DNA from: an uncultured virus (IMG/VR IMGVR_UViG_3300012000_000011) | Lineage: Duplodnaviria > Heunggongvirae > Uroviricota > Caudoviricetes | Direction: 5' to 3' (one strand) | IMG/VR virus record: IMGVR_UViG_3300012000_000011 | Length of the DNA stretch: 20,000 nt | In this document: positions 1 to 8,663 of the stretch, piece after piece | Position numbering within the stretch: position 1 is the stretch's first letter | Layout: each line of letters opens with the position of its first letter | Translations under genes and position numbers: made by a program | The notes under the pieces: model-generated | The model's database searches: none | What the model was told of the DNA's origin: nothing | Seen by the model: the letters and a program-made list of their open reading frames with translations, nothing else

Positions 1-2
1 TG

Positions 3-3000
3 TTTTTCAACAGTGCTCAAGTAAAAGTTAACGCAGCTTTTAACAAAATCTTTGATCGTTATCCTTTTGACGGAACTCAAAAAGAAACCGAACTTTTCTA
101 CGATCAAATGACAGGTTATGAAAACTATGTGTTTACAAATCTTCCAAAGCACAAAGGTTATCTTTTCTTTTCTGGCAGTAACATTGGCGATACACCAGTA
201 AGAGGTACGTGGATTACCGTAAAAGATAGCGCAGGCACATCGTTTCCTTTTCTTACAAAGAATCCAAACGGTGCTAGCAGGCTTGATCCAACATCGGGTT
301 CAGTCTCGTTTCAGTTTCAAATCTATGCTGCATCAGGTTCTAACTCAAACCAAATGGTTTTCCAAAAACTCGAAACTTTAAGCGCAACCGAACAACATGG
401 TTTTGGTTGCTTTCTTTCGAGTTCTACGGCCCCTACAGCGAGCTTAACATTCTTTGTTGCCTCTGGGTCAACAAACGTTATGTCTGCCACTGTTGAGCTT
501 GTTAAAGAGTCTTGGACGCCTATTACATTTACTTGGAACAGAACAAGTGGTATCAATCAATTGTTTGGTTATGTAAGTGGTTCATTGGTTGCAACAAGCA
601 GTCAAGTTACAATTCGTAACTTGAATTTTCCAACAGCCAGTTTGCTTATTGGGACAGGAAGTAACATTCTTGCACCATTGTTTACACCAGCAACAACATT
701 CTCTGGAGCTATAGACGAGTTTCGTTATTTCAAGCGTGTTGTTTCTACCGATGAAATGATATCGTATCAAAGCAGCAGCATATATGCTGAACCAGAACTT
801 GCTTTGTACTTTAAGTTTAATGAGCCAAGTGGATCAACTACAAACCTTGTTTTAGATTCTTCTGGTAAAGGTATGCATGGCACATTAAATGGCTATGCGT
901 TAAACATCTTAAAAGTAAGAGATATCAACACAGGTTCTTATATGGGCGAAAGCCCAATGATTTATGAAGACATAAGAAAATGTCCGATATTGTTTCCAGA
1001 TCAACCAGAAGTTGTAACATATCGTGAGAACCTTATTTCTGATGGAGCTTCATACGATTCTTACAACCCAAACATCATAACAAAGCTTGTACCAAAGCAA
1101 TATTTCACATATGGACAAGAACAAGCTGCGTTGGAAACCGAAGAAGGTGAAATCAATGAGTTGCAATATGGTTCTGAACCAAACACAGCAGCTCTTGGCA
1201 GCACACAAACTTTGTTAAGTTTGCTTTATCTTTGGGCAGGATTCTTTGACGAAATCAAATTGTTTCTTGATGCGTTTTCAACATTAAGACACGTTGATTA
1301 TGACCAAAATGACACAGCCCCAGATGCGTTTTTAAAACAACTTGCTGATTTTTACGGCTTGGATCTTCCACCTTTGTTTATTGGTTCAGATGTTAATCAG
1401 TTCATTAACGGAACCAACGTTACACCAACCATTGTTAACAGCGAATATACCCTTCAATATCTACAAAATCAAATCTGGCGTAGGATATTGATTAATGCCA
1501 ACGACATTCTTAAAAGCAAAGGTACAATACACAGCATCAAAGCTTTTTTAAGAGCGGTTGGTATTGATGGAGACAACATTTTTAGATTCAAAGAATATGG
1601 TGGACCAACACAACGTACACTTGATTCTTTGCGTGAGTCAAGAAATGAAATCGGAACAACGTTAAACTTTAAAGCTGGTGGTTATGTAAAAACACCATAT
1701 CTTTCTGGGAGCAGAGTTGAACCGGGATATCCAACACCTGTTGGATCATTTGTTGTCGATCCTAATACTGGACATAACATAGGAACAACAAACGTTAACG
1801 ACGGTTTGTTTACAAGTGGTTCATGGACATACGAAGGTATTTACAACTATTCTGGTACACCTAGTACCAGTTCTGTTCAAAGCCTTGTACGCATTATGTC
1901 TACAGGTTCTAGCAACGTAGAAAATGTGTTAGCTAACTTGTATGCAACAACTGGGTCAGGTGTTACGTTGTACGTCAACCCAAACTCAACTGTTGGAGCA
2001 ACTGCTTTAACAATGAGCATAACAACACCCGACATTATGAACGGTCAAGCTTGGAACATAAGCTTTGGTAGAGTTCGTGGTGATTCTATTAACCAAGTAT
2101 CTTCGTCTTACTTTTTGCGTGTTGGTAGAAACAACCTTGGAAGTATTGTAGAAGAGTACACAACAAGTTCTTATTACGATGATAACTTTGGGTCTAACTC
2201 TGCTAACAATATGTGGCAAGTTATCAATGGAACATATAATGGTTCTGGTTCTTTTCTAGCGTTTGGTAGCGGTAGCACAACAATTGCCACAACCAATCGA
2301 TTTGTTAACGAACATCCGTTACAAACGTTTGATGGTAAGATAACGCAAATGCGTTGGTGGAGCGAAGGATTAACTCTTGACGAATGGAGAGAACACGTAA
2401 GAGACTATAAGAGCCTTGGTGTACAAGATCCGTTGGTTAACTTCAACTTTGAAAACTTTAGAAGCGGATCATTCCAAAAACTTCGTGGTGATTGGAACAC
2501 AGATCAAATTGAGTTGATGACAGACTCAACAGGTTCAATTCAAATCTTTGACTTTTCTCAGCATTATCTACATGCTAGCGGTACTGGATTCCCTGTAACG
2601 TCTTCTGTTATCATCCCAGAACGATTTTACTATTCGTTTATTTCTCCAAACTTTGATGAAGCTGTAACAGATCAAAAGGTTCGTGTAAGAAGCTATCAAA
2701 GCTTGGATTATGTCGATCAAGACGTTGGTTCGTATTCTCAAGCAGCTCCTATATACGAGATTCAACAAGAACAAATACCCGAAGACAATGCTAAGTTCAG
2801 CATTGATTTTTCTATCGTTGACTCACTAAACCAAGACATGATTGGAATGTTTTCTTCGTTGGATATATTCAACAACATTCTTGGAGCCCCAGATATGATG
2901 TTTTCTCCAGATTACCCAGATCTAGAATCATTGCGAGACATATACTTTAACCGACTAACAACTCAGTTAAACATTCGTGGCTTCTTTGAGTTTTATCAAT

Positions 3001-3212
3001 GGTTTAATACCAACATGGGTAAGTTTATTGAACAACTACTGCCAAGAAAAACAAAGTTTAAAGGCATCAACTATGTGATTCAATCTCACATGCTTGAACG
3101 TCCAAAACTTGAATACCACTTCGAAGATATCTACGTGGGCGTCAATAACAGAAATCGTCAAAAAGAAGTGCTTTTACTGCAACTTTTCACCGGTACGTTA
3201 AAAAAATATTAG
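3..3212 (+). CDS. Large virion structural protein, putative baseplate wedge-like protein with two LamG/ConA-like domains (5'-truncated by the window edge)
   Basis: The frame is open from base 3 (FFNSAQVKVNAAFNKIFDRYPFDGTQKETELFYDQ precedes the Met at 108), so the real start is upstream of the window. LamG-like motifs: WTPITFTWN...LLIGTG...FSGAIDEFRYFKR...LALYFKFNE...VLDSSGKGMHGTL, and a second FDGKITQMRWW. The segment APDAFLKQLADFYG...IWRRILINANDILKSKGTIHSIKAFLRAVG resembles the P2 gpI/baseplate wedge 'KGT' signature. Family assignment is by motif recognition only. Confidence 0.7.
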   Translation, partial: FFNSAQVKVNAAFNKIFDRYPFDGTQKETELFYDQMTGYENYVFTNLPKHKGYLFFSGSNIGDTPVRGTWITVKDSAGTSFPFLTKNPNGASRLDPTSGSVSFQFQIYAASGSNSNQMVFQKLETLSATEQHGFGCFLSSSTAPTASLTFFVASGSTNVMSATVELVKESWTPITFTWNRTSGINQLFGYVSGSLVATSSQVTIRNLNFPTASLLIGTGSNILAPLFTPATTFSGAIDEFRYFKRVVSTDEMISYQSSSIYAEPELALYFKFNEPSGSTTNLVLDSSGKGMHGTLNGYALNILKVRDINTGSYMGESPMIYEDIRKCPILFPDQPEVVTYRENLISDGASYDSYNPNIITKLVPKQYFTYGQEQAALETEEGEINELQYGSEPNTAALGSTQTLLSLLYLWAGFFDEIKLFLDAFSTLRHVDYDQNDTAPDAFLKQLADFYGLDLPPLFIGSDVNQFINGTNVTPTIVNSEYTLQYLQNQIWRRILINANDILKSKGTIHSIKAFLRAVGIDGDNIFRFKEYGGPTQRTLDSLRESRNEIGTTLNFKAGGYVKTPYLSGSRVEPGYPTPVGSFVVDPNTGHNIGTTNVNDGLFTSGSWTYEGIYNYSGTPSTSSVQSLVRIMSTGSSNVENVLANLYATTGSGVTLYVNPNSTVGATALTMSITTPDIMNGQAWNISFGRVRGDSINQVSSSYFLRVGRNNLGSIVEEYTTSSYYDDNFGSNSANNMWQVINGTYNGSGSFLAFGSGSTTIATTNRFVNEHPLQTFDGKITQMRWWSEGLTLDEWREHVRDYKSLGVQDPLVNFNFENFRSGSFQKLRGDWNTDQIELMTDSTGSIQIFDFSQHYLHASGTGFPVTSSVIIPERFYYSFISPNFDEAVTDQKVRVRSYQSLDYVDQDVGSYSQAAPIYEIQQEQIPEDNAKFSIDFSIVDSLNQDMIGMFSSLDIFNNILGAPDMMFSPDYPDLESLRDIYFNRLTTQLNIRGFFEFYQWFNTNMGKFIEQLLPRKTKFKGINYVIQSHMLERPKLEYHFEDIYVGVNNRNRQKEVLLLQLFTGTLKKY
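3147..3212 (+). repeat. Direct repeat copy A1: in-place 3' end of gene 1 (NRNRQKEVLLLQLFTGTLKKY*)
   Basis: 53/66 nt and 19/21 aa identical to 4003-4068 by manual alignment, with an exact 21-nt core AGAAATCGTCAAAAAGAAGTG at 3150-3170 and 4006-4026. Confidence 0.95.
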
Positions 3213-3215
3213 CAA

Positions 3216-3251
3216 AAACCTCCCCCACGATATACCTATATTTGGGAGTTT
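3216..3251 (+). promoter_or_regulatory. Putative RNA hairpin occluding the Shine-Dalgarno sequence of HEG1
   Basis: CTCCC (3220-3224) is complementary to GGGAG (3244-3248), flanked by AAAC/GTTT with a one-base bulge. There is an inner ATAT-ACCT-ATAT stem (3230-3241). GGAG lies 5 nt before ATG 3254. Confidence 0.5.
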
Positions 3252-3253
3252 AT

Positions 3254-4003
3254 ATGATTTTTTTGTATGAAGGGAAGAGTAAATCAAGCGGCATCTACCA
3301 TATCCATAACAAACATACTAATCGGTATTATATCGGGCAGTCAAAAGAGTTCAAAGAACGTTGGAAAAATCATTCTTGGAGCTTGTTACAGCAAAAACAA
3401 CAAAACAAATATTTTCAGTCCGATTTTAATCTGTGTTTTTCAGAGCTTGGACATACCGATTTCCTAGAATTTAAGATTATTGAACTACTTCCTGATTCTA
3501 AAAAGGAAGACCGAAACAAACGAGAAGATTGGTGGATATCAGAATATAAGCGGCAAGGTAAACAACTATATAACTTCGTAACGAACAACTGTTCGACCGA
3601 ACATGTCCATTCACATGACCCAGAAACCACAAAACGAAAATTGTCTGATGCCGCTAAAAAAAGATGGCAAAAGCCGGAATACCGTGACAAAGTTTTGGAG
3701 GTATTAAAAAATCGTCCAGCGGAAGGTTATAGACATACCGATGAGGCTAAAGAACGTATAAAAAAAGCTATGTCAACACCAGAAAACAAAAAAAGATTAT
3801 CTGAGTTGTGCCAAACAAAAAAACCACACACAAAAACTCATGATGTAAGATTGGTTTCGCCAGATGGTACAATTTATGGCCCTATAACAAACATGGCGGA
3901 GTTTTGCAGAACCCACGGCATTCATCCACGATCTATGCGACTGCTTCGTAATGGTACGCTTTTGGAAACAAAAGGCTGGAAACTTTTAAAAGAATATATA
4001 TGA
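3254..4003 (+). CDS. GIY-YIG homing endonuclease (free-standing, HEG1)
   Basis: SGIYHIHN...RYYIGQS...KERW...KREDWWI...LYN contains GIY, YIG and Arg/Glu/Asn at the positions expected for I-TevI-type catalytic residues. NUMOD3-like segments HDPETTKRKLS and HTDEAKERIK are followed by a C-terminal LVSPDG...FCRTHGI...KGWK domain. The start is placed at ATG 3254 (GGAG upstream) rather than TTG 3242. Confidence 0.92.
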   Translation: MIFLYEGKSKSSGIYHIHNKHTNRYYIGQSKEFKERWKNHSWSLLQQKQQNKYFQSDFNLCFSELGHTDFLEFKIIELLPDSKKEDRNKREDWWISEYKRQGKQLYNFVTNNCSTEHVHSHDPETTKRKLSDAAKKRWQKPEYRDKVLEVLKNRPAEGYRHTDEAKERIKKAMSTPENKKRLSELCQTKKPHTKTHDVRLVSPDGTIYGPITNMAEFCRTHGIHPRSMRLLRNGTLLETKGWKLLKEYI

Positions 4004-4068
4004 ATAGAAATCGTCAAAAAGAAGTGATTTTGTTGCAACTATTCACTGGTATACTTAAGAAATACTAA
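4000..4068 (+). pseudogene. Displaced duplicate 3' end of gene 1 (copy A2); 22-aa mini-ORF MNRNRQKEVILLQLFTGILKKY*
   Basis: ATG 4000-4002 overlaps the HEG1 stop (ATGA). Codons 4003-4068 match the C-terminus of gene 1, including the stop position. Confidence 0.9.
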
Positions 4069-4080
4069 GGAAAACCAAAC

Positions 4081-5118
4081 ATGCCATACTGGGTTACTGA
4101 TACATCTTTTAAACCGTTTGTTGATATAGCAGATTACTACGGTAGAACAAATCGGTATCTTACTGTATCTGGTGGTATGCCAACCAAAGAAATCGACATA
4201 TATCGTGAAGGTGTTAACCTACGCACAATACAAGACGTTTACAGTTCAAATCAACCAAAGATTATTTTTCAAGATGGTACGCAAGATCGGTTAACTGAAC
4301 CAAACGGAGAAATGTTGCATCAATCTCCGTTTGCAACATATGGTCAAGCTGGAGACTATATCCAATATACTTCCAACACTTTGTTTAATGATTCTCATGT
4401 TGGTATTGAAGGAACCTTGTTGGTTGGTGGAAAAAGAATAAGCAAAACAACAAATTATTTGATTGAATCTGGTCTTATTGTTGAAGGATATTTGAACGCT
4501 GATGACGTTTATCCGATTTATATGAACGGTGGACCACAGTTTTATGAAGAATCGATTATAGAACCGTTTCCTATGCCTTTTCGTCTTGCAACCAACGAAA
4601 GTCCGCAAGAACAAATACGAGGCGTATACGCTTTTCTAGAAGCTGGCAACATTGGTGATGAACGTAGATTCGGTACCGATGTTGTTGAACAAATGGTTTA
4701 TCGTGAAGAACCTAAAATGGTTCGTTCGTTCTTGGAATATGGTGCCGGATATATACTTGTTACAGCAAGCAACGGAACCGTTATTGGTGTAATCGATACA
4801 AGACCTAATGCGATTATGGATCAAACTGTTCAACCAAGAATCGAACCTTGGGTCGATCAGCCTAATGGTGCGTTCTTTCCAGAACTAACCAACACAACAA
4901 ATTTGTTAAGCGTTCAAGTTACTTCTAGCGTTGTTAACTTGAATGGTGAAGTTGTTGGTTCAATTGTTCAACCATTTTTTAGTGAAAATTATGAGATAAG
5001 TGATTCAAACTTACAAACGAGAGATCAAAAAAGTGCAACAGCAGGATTCACATATGGTAACGTTGCTTTGTATGGTACGGACTCAGTTGCATTTGGTGGA
5101 TATTATCGTGGAGCATAA
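4081..5118 (+). CDS. Hypothetical protein, probable virion structural protein (345 aa)
   Basis: Long ORF, co-oriented and tightly packed in the operon, with codon style matching its neighbours. No recognisable catalytic motif. Confidence 0.75.
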   Translation: MPYWVTDTSFKPFVDIADYYGRTNRYLTVSGGMPTKEIDIYREGVNLRTIQDVYSSNQPKIIFQDGTQDRLTEPNGEMLHQSPFATYGQAGDYIQYTSNTLFNDSHVGIEGTLLVGGKRISKTTNYLIESGLIVEGYLNADDVYPIYMNGGPQFYEESIIEPFPMPFRLATNESPQEQIRGVYAFLEAGNIGDERRFGTDVVEQMVYREEPKMVRSFLEYGAGYILVTASNGTVIGVIDTRPNAIMDQTVQPRIEPWVDQPNGAFFPELTNTTNLLSVQVTSSVVNLNGEVVGSIVQPFFSENYEISDSNLQTRDQKSATAGFTYGNVALYGTDSVAFGGYYRGA

Positions 5119-5126
5119 CTAACAAC

Positions 5127-7448
5127 ATGGCAAGAACTCTTAAAGGAACAAGAGCGAGAGGATTACCACCCAAAGTATTATTGTCTCAAAGACAAGATAC
5201 CACTGGTAGCTTTCCAACAATTTGGAGAACATCAAGCGACAACCGCACCGGACGCTATCCTGTTTTCTTTAATGACAACAAAGTTGTTACATTCAATCAA
5301 CCTGTAACAAACGTCGGAATAACAGTAGAAGCAACATATCCAGAATACGAGGAAAAAGTCGTTACAATCGGTTCTCCCGGCAATCCAGTAAATCAATCAA
5401 ATCCTATTATATTTGATTATTCATTTTCTGGAACTCCTTTTGTTGTATTAACAGAGTTAACTCCTAACGCAAACACTCCTATTGTTAATGCGTTTATCGA
5501 TCCGTTATTCGTTGGAGGGATGACGATTAAGTTCTCTGCACCATTTGAAGGAACAATCGTTTACCGAGCGTTATATCAATCTTCACCGGGAAATCCTGTT
5601 AACGTTTTAAGATCGCCAAGGTTTGTAAATCAATATTCTTTAGCTGTTGTAAATAATGCAGAGTTCGATACCAATAATATTCTTGGCAATCCAAACACTG
5701 CCGATATTACTTTTTCTGATTTTGGTTCTGTTCCAACAGAAAACTATGTAACTTTTTATGATTTTTACACAAACAATCAAGCAAACATATCTTCTAGTAT
5801 TTCAGTTGTAACAAATACATCTGCTCAAGTAACTGGAAGTGCTGCTGGTGATGTTGTTTTGTATTACATGGGTGTTGGTACTTCAACCGCTTCTATCGAT
5901 GTAAGTGGTATTGTATATCCTTTAGTAATGACTCCGCAAGCTATTAATGCCGATCTATCTCCAGAAGCTAAATCAGATTTATACAAGCAACCATTCTTTT
6001 CTGGTTCTGAGATTGTTAATCAACCTATTGTTGCTTCTGGGAGTATGAAGAAAAACGTATCAGATATCTTTGTTACGTTTACACCGGGACAAGATATCGA
6101 ACCTTTTCAAGACTTTGCAAATCCAGAAGTTGATGCAAAAATATCGAACGTAACAAGTTCGAATTATCGGTTTTTTGCAACAGGTAGCTTGGTTGAAACA
6201 ACAGGTTTAGGTTTTCAACAACCTGTTTGGAGCAAAAACAAGATAGAAATTGATATAACTCCAGCAGCCGATCAAACAATAACGATGTATCAAAGCGCAA
6301 GCGTTGGAAGTTATCCAATGTATTATTGGAACTTTGCTACGAAACAATACGAAGGCAAAGGAAACGGTAAAGGGATACAAAGCGTACCAAACACATTGAA
6401 CGGTCTTAAAACGTTTTTAGAGGAACAAACGTTTGGTTTCGCTTCAAGTATGGATGTTGGAGGTTTACCAACAGGATTTTCGGAAGGAATATTTAACGTC
6501 AAGGGAAGACAAATAAGCGACTTTGGTTTTCCATATCATCCAAAATTTAAACCAACAACAAATCAACAACTCAATATCGGAAACCATATATCAGAGCCAT
6601 TTTTACTTGAAAAAGTCGTGATTGAGTTTTATGGTAAACTTAAACCGCTAGCATCAGGTTCATTTGGAACCACCGCAATATGGACTTTTTTTCTTTTAAA
6701 CAATCGTCCATCTTTGAGTGGATCTATTTCACCTTCACAGACTATTGTTTATCAAACCAATCCCGGTGCGATCACCCCGCCGCTTTCCTTCACAACTAGC
6801 TCTTTATTAGATTCAACCGTGTTAGATGTTGTGGATCATATGCAAATATGCGTATCAAACAGCTTTGATACCAAAGGATATTTGCAAAGAGAGCTTTTGC
6901 TTAATTCTGGGGAGTTGGTTGGTCCAATGAACGGTCCACGACAATTTGTTTTATCCTCTAGCGTTAAAACCAGTATAGCTTATGAAGCGGGAGCTTATAC
7001 AGCATATTCCGGTAGTTTTGGTAATGAGTCGGGATTCGTTGAAAGCTTAGATTATTCTGGAAGAAATCAATTAAATCAAGCAAACGGTAGAGATTGGTCT
7101 TCTACCTTTTCAAGTCCTGTTGTCGCAGGAACCGCTTCGTATTTTATAGCCAGTTACAACTATACCATTAACGTGAACGAAACATATACAAAACAAAATC
7201 CTTATGTTTTGCTACCAACGGATAAGTTGGTTTTCGGCGTACAACTTCCTTGGGCCACGGGACTTGGTGGTACGCAATGGAACGATGATTCAACATCAGT
7301 TGATTTTTCTCAGTACGGCATCAACAAAATCATTCTTTACGGTTCAACATTAAGAGTTAATCCAGAAACAAATCAACTTGAAGAATATCATGATACGTTA
7401 AATCAGCTTCTTTCTTCAAACAGTATTCATGAAGTGATTGGAGAATAG
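5127..7448 (+). CDS. Hypothetical virion structural protein (773 aa), beta-rich, possibly tail/baseplate-associated
   Basis: Long S/T/G/N-rich ORF starting 8 nt after the previous stop, with an internal SPGNPVN repeat and two segments resembling small tail-fibre/H-lectin-like beta domains. Function is inferred from context. Confidence 0.7.
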   Translation: MARTLKGTRARGLPPKVLLSQRQDTTGSFPTIWRTSSDNRTGRYPVFFNDNKVVTFNQPVTNVGITVEATYPEYEEKVVTIGSPGNPVNQSNPIIFDYSFSGTPFVVLTELTPNANTPIVNAFIDPLFVGGMTIKFSAPFEGTIVYRALYQSSPGNPVNVLRSPRFVNQYSLAVVNNAEFDTNNILGNPNTADITFSDFGSVPTENYVTFYDFYTNNQANISSSISVVTNTSAQVTGSAAGDVVLYYMGVGTSTASIDVSGIVYPLVMTPQAINADLSPEAKSDLYKQPFFSGSEIVNQPIVASGSMKKNVSDIFVTFTPGQDIEPFQDFANPEVDAKISNVTSSNYRFFATGSLVETTGLGFQQPVWSKNKIEIDITPAADQTITMYQSASVGSYPMYYWNFATKQYEGKGNGKGIQSVPNTLNGLKTFLEEQTFGFASSMDVGGLPTGFSEGIFNVKGRQISDFGFPYHPKFKPTTNQQLNIGNHISEPFLLEKVVIEFYGKLKPLASGSFGTTAIWTFFLLNNRPSLSGSISPSQTIVYQTNPGAITPPLSFTTSSLLDSTVLDVVDHMQICVSNSFDTKGYLQRELLLNSGELVGPMNGPRQFVLSSSVKTSIAYEAGAYTAYSGSFGNESGFVESLDYSGRNQLNQANGRDWSSTFSSPVVAGTASYFIASYNYTINVNETYTKQNPYVLLPTDKLVFGVQLPWATGLGGTQWNDDSTSVDFSQYGINKIILYGSTLRVNPETNQLEEYHDTLNQLLSSNSIHEVIGE

Positions 7449-7456
7449 TTACCATC

Positions 7457-8662
7457 ATGCCAATCTACGATGTAGAAAATAGATTCTCCTACTACAAAAG
7501 CTATTCAGATAACATTCTTGTTGGGCCGCCAAAACCAAAAATAGGTGATACAACATGGCTTAGAGCAGTTTCTGGAAGCGTTGTAAGTGGTTCAGAAGAA
7601 TATAAAGCCGCAACATTTCTTTCGGATTATGTGTTTGAATTTAACAACAAATTTTTTAGATCTGGTGAAGTTAGATATTTGAAGTTATCATCTATAAACC
7701 AACAAATAGAAGATTCGATTGCTCCTTCTCCATTGCAATTGTGTACAACTGGCACATATGCTTCTGGTGTTTTGGGCCAAAAAAATGGATCATTTACTCC
7801 CGAACTTTCAAAAGCAGCAACGTTGTTGTTTGCGATTGATAGAAAAGTTATAACGGGATCAAATGGCGTTTACTCAGGAAAAAGAGTTAATAATCTTGAA
7901 TGGTTGGACAGTTATCCTTATGAGAAAAAATATTCGTATGTTGATCGGGGTATCATTACTTTTATCCCAGTAACCACACGTTATGAGATATATCCAAAGG
8001 GTCAGACTCCGGGTTTAGATGAACTTTTATGGTTCGATGCGGCGGGTGTAGGGGAAAGCTTCACCACATCGAGTCTTCCATATGTTATATATTTTACATC
8101 GATAGCTACAACTGGCATAAAATATTACAACGAATTCGCTGAAAGAACCGGAATAAACGGAACATTTTCTGATGCCGACTCTTCGCTTTCGTTTACTAGC
8201 AACAATATATCGTTAACAGCGAAAACGGTTTTTGGAATTAATCCACAAGCGATAGAAACACCAAATTCTTTGAGCGTGGTAGGTTCGGTTATAAACTTTT
8301 GCAGTGGTGTTTATATTGAAGGTTGGAAATATGGATTATACAACGGACTACCAACCAACTTTTCTTGTGTGTTCAGACAAAACCATTACGGTCAACCAAT
8401 GGATATGCTTGAAGGTAGACCATATACAAAAACATACAACAACCCTTTGATTGGCGGGCCTATGGACGAAGGTGGAGGTATTAACTTTATCTCTGGTAGT
8501 GCTTTGTCCGGTGAAAGCAATAACTGGTTAACTGCATCGATATATCAATCTAAAAACGTTGCAGCGGCTTATGTAGTTAATCCATATGGGTCTGGAATAT
8601 TCGATAAAGAATACCGTGCTTCTCAACCGTGGCATGATGACGATCCAAGAGTAGGAACATAA
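7457..8662 (+). CDS. Hypothetical protein, probable virion structural protein (401 aa)
   Basis: Long ORF starting 8 nt after the previous stop; S/G/T-rich with several SGS/TGS motifs like its neighbours. Confidence 0.72.
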   Translation: MPIYDVENRFSYYKSYSDNILVGPPKPKIGDTTWLRAVSGSVVSGSEEYKAATFLSDYVFEFNNKFFRSGEVRYLKLSSINQQIEDSIAPSPLQLCTTGTYASGVLGQKNGSFTPELSKAATLLFAIDRKVITGSNGVYSGKRVNNLEWLDSYPYEKKYSYVDRGIITFIPVTTRYEIYPKGQTPGLDELLWFDAAGVGESFTTSSLPYVIYFTSIATTGIKYYNEFAERTGINGTFSDADSSLSFTSNNISLTAKTVFGINPQAIETPNSLSVVGSVINFCSGVYIEGWKYGLYNGLPTNFSCVFRQNHYGQPMDMLEGRPYTKTYNNPLIGGPMDEGGGINFISGSALSGESNNWLTASIYQSKNVAAAYVVNPYGSGIFDKEYRASQPWHDDDPRVGT

Positions 8663-8663
8663 C

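Noticed and set aside
3150..3170. Exact 21-nt (and 9-nt at HEG2) repeats as IS-type target-site duplications
   Set aside because: No transposase or terminal inverted repeats, and the exact cores are embedded in longer protein-level duplications with synonymous divergence.
3210..3257. Stop-codon reassignment or TAG readthrough fusing gene 1 to HEG1
   Set aside because: Genes are long and tightly packed under the standard code with TAA, TAG and TGA all used as stops. Readthrough at 3210 meets TGA after 14 codons and is out of frame with HEG1.
3150..4026. Group I intron (or intein) interpretation of the HEG1 and HEG2 inserts
   Set aside because: No non-coding space for a ribozyme core and no recognisable P/Q/R/S elements. 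The host genes are already complete without splicing and the HEGs are not in-frame fusions.
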